Source: Longimicrobiales bacterium (lineage in GTDB: Bacteria > Gemmatimonadota > Gemmatimonadetes > Longimicrobiales > Gaopeijiaceae). Taken from it: a stretch of DNA of 64,000 nt. Shown piece after piece: positions 9,897-17,979 of the stretch. Below the pieces are notes generated by a model. That model had not been told where the DNA came from, made no database searches, and saw only the letters and a program-made list of their open reading frames with translations. The DNA lies in NCBI GenBank assembly GCA_965248195.1, contig CBDFIQ010000002.1:2432001-2496000 (forward strand). The letters run 5' to 3'. Numbering within the stretch: the stretch's first letter is position 1; each line of letters begins with the position of its first letter. A program made the position numbers and the translations under genes.

Positions 9897-11890
9897 ATTA
9901 TCGACGGCGTGGTTGCGCCGCGCTCGTCGTTTCTTCGAGGTCGGGTCCTCTTATGGCAGTCCCCCTAGCGCTGCTGCTCGCAGTCCAGGTCGCTCAGGCC
10001 GGCGTGAGCGGCACGGTCCGCGGAGAGCTCACGGGCGTTCCACTCGGTGGCGCCTTGATCACCCTCTCCGATCTCGACCGTGAGGTCCTGACCGATGCCC
10101 GGGGTCGGTTCGGATTCGGAGCGCTACCGCCGGGGCCTCACCACGTAACGATCGCGCATCATGGCTACGAATCTCGGACGCTCCATGCGCTTGTGCCGCG
10201 TACCGGTGAACTTGAGCTCAACATCGCCCTACAGCCGGTTCCGGTTGAGCTCGATGGCCTCTTCGTCCAGCCTCGACTGCCGATTCGCGGCGCAGAGGAC
10301 ATAAGGCCCGTCCGCGAACGGGCCGAGTCGGTGAGCATCGCTGCGATCCGGAATCACCCCCTTCTCGCCGAGCCCGACGTGTTCCGCGTGCTAGAGGGAG
10401 GAGACGTGGCCGTGCTACCGGAGTCACCCACCGGCCTACACGTGCGGGGCGGCGCCTCCAGCCACACGGGGTACGAGATCGACGGCATTCCGGTGCTCAC
10501 GCCGGTACACGCGGGTGGCATCTTCAGCGCCTGGAATGCGGATGCGATGTCGAGCGTGCATCTGACGCGCGCAACCAGCGGCGTGCTTCCAAGCCTGTCT
10601 GGCTCGGTGGTCGGCGTGACGCGAGCACCTGGTTCCGTCCAACACGGGACAGCGGCTGTCAGCGCGACTCAGGCTCGCATGACGGTGTATGGGCCGTTCA
10701 CATCCGGTGCCGGCTATGTGCTCAGCCTTAGAAGCGGCTTCCCGGGTGGTGTCCTTGCGCCCAGTGATCCGGCAAAGATCCGAGGAGAATCGGGTGACAT
10801 GCTCGCCAAGGTCGAGCTCCCTTTCTTCGGTGGAAGGCTCAAGCTCCTCGGGTACGACAGTGAGAACGAGCTCAACGCGGGCGCGGTCGCCGACCCGACG
10901 GACGCTCTTCTCGTCCGTCGTAACGGCTTCGATTGGCGCACCCGGTCGCTCGGAGCGACGTGGGAAGGCAGCATCGGATCGTCACGAGTAGCCCTTCGCG
11001 CGTGGGACTCCCGGAGCGCCGGCTCCGCAACGCTGCTGAGCGAGGTAGGGGATGCGGCCGACGTGCGCAGTGGCCGGACCGAGAGCGGTGTCATGGCGAC
11101 GCTCACCCGCCCGACGTCGGCCGAGGGGGAGTTGCTCGTCGGGGCCAGGCTAACCAGAGGGTCCACGGAGTATTGGGCCGGGTCTTCCGACCCCTTCGAG
11201 TCCAGGGGGGCACTCTCGACGGGCGCGCTTCTGCTCGGCTATGAGCTCCCGATCGCGCGTAGAGGTTGGCTGAGAGCGGAGGTCGACTTTACCGCCTCTC
11301 CACTCGGTGCGACGGCGTCACCGCTTCTCGTAGCAGGAGCAGGTCTCGGCCGATTCGTGACTGTGTCCGCCAGCCTGTCCAGACGCCACCAAATCGTCCA
11401 GTCGATGCGAAACGAGGAGTCGCTGCTCGGCGCTGTGTTCCCCGCCGACCTCTTCGTCACGGCCGGATCCGCAGGCGTACCGACCGCTCGGGCCGACGAG
11501 GCGAGCCTCCGCATGGAATACCGGCCACTGCCGGGCCTGAGTGTCGGGGGCCGAGCCTACGCGCGGAGGCTGGGTTCAATCGCGTTCATCGCGCCCGGAA
11601 CGGGCTCCCTATTCTCGACTGGTGCACTCGAAATCGGGTCGGCGTCCGTTCAGGGTCTGTCTTTCGATGTCGCGGTGAGCGGCTCACGCGTCGGTGTCGT
11701 GGTCGACTACGGCTTCCAGAAAGTCCTGAACCGAGCACCCGAGCGTACCTACGTCCCCTCGTACGCTCCGACTCACCGAGCCCAGCTGGGTGTGGTCTTT
11801 CATCCCTCGGCGACCATCCCTCTCTGCCAACGTACGTGAGACACGGAGCACGCAAAGAATTAGAGTAGGGCGAAGGCAGAGAAAACGAAC

Positions 11891-12340
11891 ATGTTGGGAC
11901 TGCGAGAGAGAATGGAAGAGAATGGTAGTGCCCCTGGAATCGGGGAGGCCAAGCGAAGCGCGGCAGCTCCTGCGGACCCGGAGGTAGTAGATAGGCCGCT
12001 ACGCCGGCGGTTCAGTCCATCGTACAAGCTGCGGATCGTCGAAGAAGCGGACCGGTGCACCGAGCCCGGCGAGGTGGGTCAGCTCCTGCGGCGCGAGGGC
12101 CTGTACTCGTCGCACCTGACGACGTGGCGCAAGGCGGCGCATAGCGGGTCGCTGAAGGCCCTGTCGAAGAAACGCGGCCGCAAGCCGGAGCGGAATCCGC
12201 TGGATGAGAAGGTACGCAAGCTGGAGCGGCAAAACGCACGGCTCGAGAATGAGCTCAGGAAGGCACACCTGATCATCGACGTGCAGGGAAAAGTTGCGGG
12301 GCTGCTGGGGATAAGCCTCGACGACGGGACGAACTCTTGA
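11891..12340 (+). CDS. IS3 transposase OrfA
   Basis: HTH plus leucine-zipper-like region. Confidence 0.9.
   Translation: MLGLRERMEENGSAPGIGEAKRSAAAPADPEVVDRPLRRRFSPSYKLRIVEEADRCTEPGEVGQLLRREGLYSSHLTTWRKAAHSGSLKALSKKRGRKPERNPLDEKVRKLERQNARLENELRKAHLIIDVQGKVAGLLGISLDDGTNS
12286..12320 (+). promoter_or_regulatory. Programmed -1 frameshift signal (G GGA AAA plus downstream hairpin)
   Basis: X XXY YYZ heptamer in the OrfA phase (12286-12292); the -1 frame is open into OrfB; stem CGGGGCT/AGCCTCG follows. Confidence 0.72.
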
Positions 12341-13344
12341 AGGCGGCCGATGAGCTGGCTAAGCACGTCGGTGTAAAACCGGCGTGCGCGGCTCTCGAGG
12401 TCTCCCGATCGACGTTCTACCGTCGTCGAGGCCCATCGACCGGGCAACGGCAGCCCCGCCCGACGCCCGCCCGGGCATTGAGCGAGACGGAACGAGGCGA
12501 GGTCTTCGACACGCTGTGTTCGGAGCGGTTCGTGGACCGCTCACCCGCCGAGGTGGTGGCCACGCTGCTCGACGAAGAGGTCTACCTGTGCAGCGAACGC
12601 ACGATGTATCGTGTTCTGGCCTCCGAGGTGCCGGTTCAGGAACGCCGGGCGCAGCGCACCCATCCCGAGTACAAGAAGCCCGAGTTGATGGCCACGGCGC
12701 CGAACCAGGTGTGGTCCTGGGATATCACGCGGCTACTCGGGCCGAAGAAGTGGAGCTATTACTACCTCTACGTCATCATGGACATCTACAGCCGCTACGT
12801 CGTGGGCTGGATGGTGGCGGACCGGGAGAACTCGGCCCTGGCCGGCCGGTTGATCCAGCAGAGCTGCCTGAAGCATGGCGTCCAGCCCCGGGTCCTGACC
12901 CTGCACTCGGATCGGGGAGCTCCAATGACGAGCCAATGCACCGCTCAACTTCTCGCTGACCTCGGCGTGACTCGCTCGTTGAGCCGGCCTCAGGTGTCGG
13001 ATGACAACCCGTTTTCCGAGGCTCAGTTCAAAACCTTGAAGTACCATCCCTCGTTTCCCGGGCGGTTCGGGGATCAGGGCCAGGCCAAGACGTTGTGTCG
13101 ATCGTTCTTCCGCTGGTACAATGCCGAGCACCGCCATGGCGGTATCTCGATGCTAACCCCCGAGCAGGTCCACTTCGGGAACGCCGATCAGGTCATTGCC
13201 GGCAGGAAATCCGTGCTCCGCGAAGCATGGGCCGCTCATCCCGAACGCTTCGTCACAGGTGTGCCGAAGCCCAAACCGCTCCCGGAGGCCGTCTACATCA
13301 ATCCTCCCATCCCTTCCCTCACCACACAGGATATTGCTCTCTAA
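12337..13344 (+). CDS. IS3 transposase OrfB (DDE)
   Basis: PNQVWSWDIT, DIYSRYVVGW, LHSDRG, DDNPFSEAQFKTLK. Confidence 0.95.
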   Translation: MKAADELAKHVGVKPACAALEVSRSTFYRRRGPSTGQRQPRPTPARALSETERGEVFDTLCSERFVDRSPAEVVATLLDEEVYLCSERTMYRVLASEVPVQERRAQRTHPEYKKPELMATAPNQVWSWDITRLLGPKKWSYYYLYVIMDIYSRYVVGWMVADRENSALAGRLIQQSCLKHGVQPRVLTLHSDRGAPMTSQCTAQLLADLGVTRSLSRPQVSDDNPFSEAQFKTLKYHPSFPGRFGDQGQAKTLCRSFFRWYNAEHRHGGISMLTPEQVHFGNADQVIAGRKSVLREAWAAHPERFVTGVPKPKPLPEAVYINPPIPSLTTQDIAL

Positions 13345-13777
13345 TTAATCCCGTAGAGTGTCCCATTGTCGTTGACAGGTTCCGCATGGCGCTACGCCTA
13401 GCGAGCGCCGGGGCCTGGGGGCGCACCACGACCGCACTCGTCGGGCCCGTCGAGTGGGAGGCCTGCAATCTCGCCGACAACGGCTGCGAGTTCGCCGGGG
13501 CTGCGGAGCACGGAGAAGGGCTGGGTGAGACCCGCCTAGGGGCTTACATACGCACGGACCTCGGCCTACGGAAGCATTGGCATCTGAGCCTCGGAGGTCG
13601 CGACGCGATGCTCGCGTTGCACGGCACGCTCGTCAACGTGCTGAATCGCAAGAACACGCTGAACTACGAGATCGACCCGCTGACGGGCTCCGTTTCTCCG
13701 ATCGATATGTTGGGCCTTGCCCCGCTCGTTGTCGGGGTCGAACTGGCGTTCTAGCCGGAGCCGCGGAACGACTCGGT

Positions 13778-13806
13778 GTCACAGAAGCGTCTCCTGATCT
13801 GCTCCT
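13778..13806 (+). promoter_or_regulatory. Putative autoregulatory ECF promoter GTCACA-N16-TGCTCCT (copy 2)
   Basis: Directly upstream of the ECF gene; matches 9805-9833. Confidence 0.72.
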
Positions 13807-13827
13807 CGGTCGTGGAACCGACTTCCT

Positions 13828-14412
13828 TTGGATGACGTGAGCGAGCTGACGACTGCACTGCCATTCGGTAAGAGCCGTGCCAACGCTCCGCGGGACGTGC
13901 GAGCCGGAGCGAGACGGGACGAGTTCGTCGTCGTCTTCCGAGAGTCCTTCGAGCCACTGCATCGGTATCTGAATCGCCTGTCGGGAGACTCTGATCTCGC
14001 ATCAGAGCTAGCACAGGAGGCCCTCATTAGACTGTATCGGCGCCGGTCACCTCCAGCAGACCCAGCTGCATGGCTGTTCACGGTGGCGACCAATCTCTTT
14101 CGGAACGCAAAGACGAAACGCACGAATCGTGCTCGCCTGTTGACGCCCGAACGAGCTCTGTTGTCCCACTCTGATCCCGCGCAGACCCCGGACGAACACA
14201 GCGAGGCAGCGGAAGCCAAGGAGCGAGTCAGAGCCGCGTTGCACACGCTCGGTGACCGGGAGAGGAGCCTGCTTCTGCTCGCCGCCGAGGGACATAGCTA
14301 TCGCGAGATCTCGAAGATTCTGCGACTCAAGGAAGCGAGCGTGGGCACGCTCCTGCGCCGCGCCAAGGCTGCGTTCAGGGGCGCGTATGAGGAAACACAG
14401 CATGCACCTTGA
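13828..14412 (+). CDS. ECF RNA polymerase sigma factor (start codon uncertain)
   Basis: DLASELAQEALIRL, AWLFTVATNL, EGHSYREISKIL...SVGTLLRRAK. Confidence 0.9.
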   Translation: MDDVSELTTALPFGKSRANAPRDVRAGARRDEFVVVFRESFEPLHRYLNRLSGDSDLASELAQEALIRLYRRRSPPADPAAWLFTVATNLFRNAKTKRTNRARLLTPERALLSHSDPAQTPDEHSEAAEAKERVRAALHTLGDRERSLLLLAAEGHSYREISKILRLKEASVGTLLRRAKAAFRGAYEETQHAP

Positions 14413-15103
14413 TCAAGACACCCTGGAGAGTATGATGAACGGCGACCTCGAGCTCGAGGACCGGATCGCGGCCGAGGACCACCTGGCGACGTGCCCTGCG
14501 TGTCGTGAGCTATTCCAGGATCGCGAGATCGCGGGGCTGCTGGGACGCTTGGACGAACCCGCTCCCGACGTAAGCGCTCACGAACTAATCGCCCGAGCCG
14601 AGCAACGGCAGATGCCGAACCATTTCCGCTGGGCCGCGGGCGTCCTCTTGATGGCGGTGGCGGCCGGAGCGGCCTACGCTGCGCCGGGGTCGCCAGTCCA
14701 GAGGTGGATCGGCGGGCTGACGGGCACCGTCGATGTGCCCATTCCGGAGAGTCCTTCGGAGCCGCGGTACGTAGCGGGCGTCGTGGTACCCCTCGGTGAC
14801 CGATTGGAGATCGAGCTCCGCCCGCAGGGTACGGGAACGATCCACGTGGTCTTGGACGAAGTGCCCGACGTGACGGTGGAGGCCGTCAATGGTCCGGCGA
14901 CGTTCGACTCTCAGGCCGAGCGACTCGTCGTCGAGGGAGCTCAGGGACCCGACTATCGGATCACGATCCCCGGGGATGCGGTCCTAGTCGAGGTGCTGGT
15001 CGGGGCGACATCGGTATTTCGCCTCGAGTCAGGTGAGGTCCTGACCATTGCGCGGTCGGTCGCTGCCGGCCGGTACCAGATCGCGTTCTCGGACGTGAGG
15101 TAG
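14402..15103 (+). CDS. Zinc-finger (HxxxCxxC) anti-sigma factor with periplasmic beta domain
   Basis: EDHLATCPAC; TM RWAAGVLLMAVAAGAAYA; overlaps the sigma stop. Confidence 0.82.
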   Translation: MHLDQDTLESMMNGDLELEDRIAAEDHLATCPACRELFQDREIAGLLGRLDEPAPDVSAHELIARAEQRQMPNHFRWAAGVLLMAVAAGAAYAAPGSPVQRWIGGLTGTVDVPIPESPSEPRYVAGVVVPLGDRLEIELRPQGTGTIHVVLDEVPDVTVEAVNGPATFDSQAERLVVEGAQGPDYRITIPGDAVLVEVLVGATSVFRLESGEVLTIARSVAAGRYQIAFSDVR

Positions 15104-15167
15104 AGGGGGCCGCCGGCACGGAGCTTCAATTGCCCGTGGTCGCCACCGAAGTCATCGACGCTGCTTT

Positions 15168-15194
15168 GTCACAAACCGGACGCGCTGTGGGCTC
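15168..15194 (+). promoter_or_regulatory. Putative ECF promoter GTCACA-N16-GGCTC (copy 3)
   Basis: Same -35 element and same GCTC position as the other two copies; upstream of the PAP2 gene. Confidence 0.55.
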
Positions 15195-15259
15195 TCCCAC
15201 CAGGAGCCTAGGGAATCCTTCAACCTGGATGTCCCGTCAGGAACCACACGGAGGTAGGA

Positions 15260-16216
15260 GTGCCCGTCACCCTGAACGGAAGACGAGTCACGAAGCGGCT
15301 GCGACTGTGCGTCGCCGGATCCCCCACGGCTGTGGCAGCGTTGTTCGTGGCGGGCCTTTTCCCGATCCGCGCGCTGTGCCAAGTCCCGGGGGGCTCCGAC
15401 TCCGTCATAGCGGCGGCCGAGGCACATTCAAGTCGCTCCGCTCGAGAGCTCCGGATGGGGCGCGAGATCGCCTTGCTGGGCGTGGGCACCGGCCTCCTGG
15501 CTGCCCACGCCCTGGTGCCACCAGCGAGTCGCGCAGTACCGCCGCAGGGATTCAGCCCGATCGAGATCGCTTGGCCCTTGGACCGTGATGTCGTCGGGAA
15601 TCGGAGCGTGAGCGCTGATCGGGCCAGCAACTGGACGCTCAAGGCTCTGCTCGCACTTCCCCTGCTCATCGCCGGGACGACTTCGGAGGCCGGAGCGCGA
15701 TGGCGCGACTTCGGTAGTAGCACGCTCGTCTATGCGGAGACGTTCCTCATATCCCAGGGCATCACGCGGCTCGCAAAGTCGATGCTCGGGCGTCCTCGAC
15801 CCTATGCATATATGCCCGTGGACTCTCGACCGAACGAATTCACGTACGACGTGTCCAAGGATCGGACTTTCCGCTCGATGCCCTCAGGACATTCAGCATC
15901 GGCGTGGACAGGTGCCGCGTTGGGGCTTGTCGGGCACCTGCTACGACGGCCGGACGCGAGCCCACTCGAGCGAGTCGGCATCGGGTTCTTGAGTGGGGCC
16001 CTCGCAGGTGCGACGGCTACCCTGCGCGTGGAGGCTGGCCAGCACTTCCCGTCGGACGTGTTGGTTGGTGCCGGCATCGGCATTCTAACGGGAGTGACCC
16101 TTCCACTTCTCCACCATGGCGAGCGATCGTTGCCCACGTCGAGCGCATGGTCGCAGGCGGTAGGCGGTGTGGTCGCCGGCACTCTCTTCGGCGTCGTCGT
16201 GGCCCGAACCTACTGA
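15260..16216 (+). CDS. PAP2-family phosphatase
   Basis: KSMLGRPRP, SMPSGHS, RVEAGQHFPSDV (PAP2 motifs C1-C3). Confidence 0.88.
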   Translation: MPVTLNGRRVTKRLRLCVAGSPTAVAALFVAGLFPIRALCQVPGGSDSVIAAAEAHSSRSARELRMGREIALLGVGTGLLAAHALVPPASRAVPPQGFSPIEIAWPLDRDVVGNRSVSADRASNWTLKALLALPLLIAGTTSEAGARWRDFGSSTLVYAETFLISQGITRLAKSMLGRPRPYAYMPVDSRPNEFTYDVSKDRTFRSMPSGHSASAWTGAALGLVGHLLRRPDASPLERVGIGFLSGALAGATATLRVEAGQHFPSDVLVGAGIGILTGVTLPLLHHGERSLPTSSAWSQAVGGVVAGTLFGVVVARTY

Positions 16217-16386
16217 GCAGCAGGGCCTCACGACGCCGCTGCTCCCGCGCTACGGCTCGCCGTCCAACCTTCGATTCTTGAGAGGTCAACAGAAATCTGT
16301 AACACAACCTGTATCATCGCTGGGCGGTGCTGGCTGGCGCTCTCCAGCGCAGAATCGGTCAAATCCCTCTGATTCCAGCCCCCACG

Positions 16387-16435
16387 CACGCTCGGCTGAT
16401 ATCTGATAGGCGTGAGGTCGGTAGTTCGAGTCTAC
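16387..16435 (+). pseudogene. Degenerate 3' portion of a tRNA-Ile(GAT)-like gene (probable att-site remnant)
   Basis: CACGC...CTGATAG GCGTG AGGTC GGTAG TTCGAGT CTAC gives the anticodon stem, GAT loop, variable loop and T arm. There is an 11-nt insertion in the anticodon loop, no D arm in place, and no CCA end. Confidence 0.72.
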
Positions 16436-16523
16436 ACATTAGCCGCGGTGCAGAATCGCAAATCCGTTAGAGCGCACCAGATCATAGTCTCGGAACCCTT
16501 GAACTTTCAACGTGGGAAGCGTA

Positions 16524-16535
16524 ACGTTATAACGT
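16524..16535. promoter_or_regulatory. Perfect palindrome ACGTTATAACGT, putative vapBC operator
   Basis: 12-bp palindrome about 32 nt upstream of the antitoxin start; AbrB-type antitoxins autorepress at such sites. Confidence 0.6.
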
Positions 16536-16567
16536 CTTACGATATGTCTATCGATGGAGCTACCGTT

Positions 16568-16777
16568 ATGTCTACAGTGACGGTTTCCAGCAAATACCAA
16601 GTGGTCATCCCCAAGGACGTACGGGATCGACTGAGAATCCGTCCGGGCCAAAAGGTTGAGGCCTTCGCCGTCGGAGGAAGAGTCGAGCTCGTACCCGTCC
16701 GTCCCATGTCCGAGATGCGGGGGTTCCTGAGGGGAATGGATCCCGACTTCGAGCGTGAGCCGGACCGCGAACTATGA
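16568..16777 (+). CDS. vapB: AbrB/MazE/SpoVT-type antitoxin
   Basis: VTVSSKYQVVIPKDVRDRLRIRPGQKV; GGAG ribosome-binding site; ATGA overlap with the toxin. Confidence 0.9.
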   Translation: MSTVTVSSKYQVVIPKDVRDRLRIRPGQKVEAFAVGGRVELVPVRPMSEMRGFLRGMDPDFEREPDREL

Positions 16778-17169
16778 ACGTGGTGGACTCTTCGGGCTGG
16801 ATTGAGTTCTTTGTCGGCGGACCCAACGCGGGCTTCTTCGAAACGCCTCTCGACGCCGAGGACAAGCTTCTCGTACCCTCCGTCAGTGTCCTAGAGGTGT
16901 ACCGCTATGTCCTGCGCAAAGGGGGACGCGAAAAGGCGCTATCTGTTGCCGCCACCATGCGCCAAGGACGCGTTATCGATCTAGACGCCGGCCTGGCGAT
17001 CGAAGCCGCCGAGCTTGGCGCGAGTTACGAGCTCCCGCTGGCGGACAGCATCATCTATGCGTCGGCGCTCACCCATGAAGCCACGCTCTGGACTCAGGAT
17101 GCAGATTTCGAAGGGCTGGATCATGTGGAGTACCGACCAAAGCGGGGTGCTTCTCAGGATCAACTTTGA
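16774..17169 (+). CDS. vapC: PIN-domain toxin
   Basis: NVVDSSGWIEFF, SVLEV, LPLADSIIYASA, LWTQDADF. Confidence 0.92.
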   Translation: MNVVDSSGWIEFFVGGPNAGFFETPLDAEDKLLVPSVSVLEVYRYVLRKGGREKALSVAATMRQGRVIDLDAGLAIEAAELGASYELPLADSIIYASALTHEATLWTQDADFEGLDHVEYRPKRGASQDQL

Positions 17170-17214
17170 ACTGGGGCGGTTGAGAGATGTCTTGCAAAGG
17201 TGTTGCCTAGCACG

Positions 17215-17709
17215 ATGACCGACAGACGACTCGAGGAAGCCCTCCGCCATCTACACCCGCCCCCAGGGACGAAGCTTTGGCATGGCGGCGCCAGCGTCTT
17301 AGGTGCCCTGCGCGGCCTCTCACCAGAGGTGGCTGCCTGGAGACCCTACCCGGACCGACACAGCATCTGGGCGCTGGCCCTGCACGTCGCCTACTGGAAC
17401 TACGCCGTACGACGGCGCATCACGGAGGAGGAGCGGCGTGGATTTCCCCGTGCGCCCTCGAACTTTCCAAACGTTCCCGCCGAAGTGACGAAGGCCGCTT
17501 GGAGCGAGGACCGACGCCTCGTAACGGAGCAGCATGAACTTCCGGTCCACGTCATAAAAGATTTCGAGCCGTCCCGCTTGGACGAGTACGCTGGGAGCGA
17601 AACCAAAACGACCTACGCGGATCTCATCACAGGCATCGTCCTGCACGACACCTATCACGCCGGCCAGATTCAGATGTTGAAGCGCTTAGCCGCGAGTCAC
17701 GGACTCTGA
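17215..17709 (+). CDS. DinB-family protein
   Basis: WHG, HSIWALALHVAYW, LHDTYHAGQIQMLKR. Confidence 0.85.
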   Translation: MTDRRLEEALRHLHPPPGTKLWHGGASVLGALRGLSPEVAAWRPYPDRHSIWALALHVAYWNYAVRRRITEEERRGFPRAPSNFPNVPAEVTKAAWSEDRRLVTEQHELPVHVIKDFEPSRLDEYAGSETKTTYADLITGIVLHDTYHAGQIQMLKRLAASHGL

Positions 17710-17848
17710 CCCGATCGCCCAGGTAGACGATCATCGCGCCCCACCCCCTCGCGCACTCCAAAGTGCCGCGAACTTGGGTCCGATCAACGCGCGCCTGGCA
17801 ACACCGAATCCACCAACCCAAAAGCCGGAGAGTGTGTACCTATCCAAA

Positions 17849-17967
17849 GCCGGGAGGGTGTGACGCCCTATCGGAGCCGGTCCGCCGCGAAGCGGTGGAG
17901 CATCCGGTCTGCGGCTCTGCCGCGGCCCGCAGCGTCGGCGGAGAGAGGGCGTCACACCCCGCCCGGC
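17849..17967. repeat. Structured inverted-repeat element (MITE/REP-like or ncRNA)
   Basis: Perfect 14-bp IR GGGTGTGACGCCCT (17856-17869 / 17946-17959), extendable to about 21 bp, with internal hairpins. Confidence 0.65.
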
Positions 17968-17979
17968 CGCCCGCAGTGC

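Larger units (their letters stand above)
11818..13384 (+). mobile_element. IS3-family insertion sequence, copy 2 (1567 bp), 3-bp target duplication CAT
   Basis: CAT at 11815-11817 and 13385-13387. Imperfect terminal IRs CCCTCTCTGCCAACGTACGTGAGACAC / CGGAACCTGTCAACGACAATGGGACAC. Confidence 0.95.
9953..13754 (+). pseudogene. TonB-dependent receptor with N-terminal carboxypeptidase-regulatory-like domain, interrupted by IS3
   Basis: VSGTVRG...TDARGRF; plug LAEPDVFRVL...LHVRGG...IDGIPV; C-terminus VGVELAF. Removing the IS and one CAT restores ...PSATMALRL... in frame (743 aa). Confidence 0.9.

Noticed and set aside
1353..11817. Composite transposon or completed inversion between the two IS3 copies
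   Set aside because: Copy 2 has matching CAT duplications and its flanks rejoin into one gene, so it is an independent simple insertion. The cargo includes housekeeping-type genes.
13372..13400. Outward-facing TTGACA in the IS3 right end forming a hybrid promoter
   Set aside because: The hexamer 17 nt downstream (CGCCTA) is a poor -10 element.
15114..15129. Sigma54 site upstream of the PAP2 gene (CGGCAC-N5-TTCA)
   Set aside because: It lacks the invariant GC at -12.
16387..16444. Functional tRNA gene
   Set aside because: No D arm in position, an expanded anticodon loop, a mismatched T stem and no CCA end.
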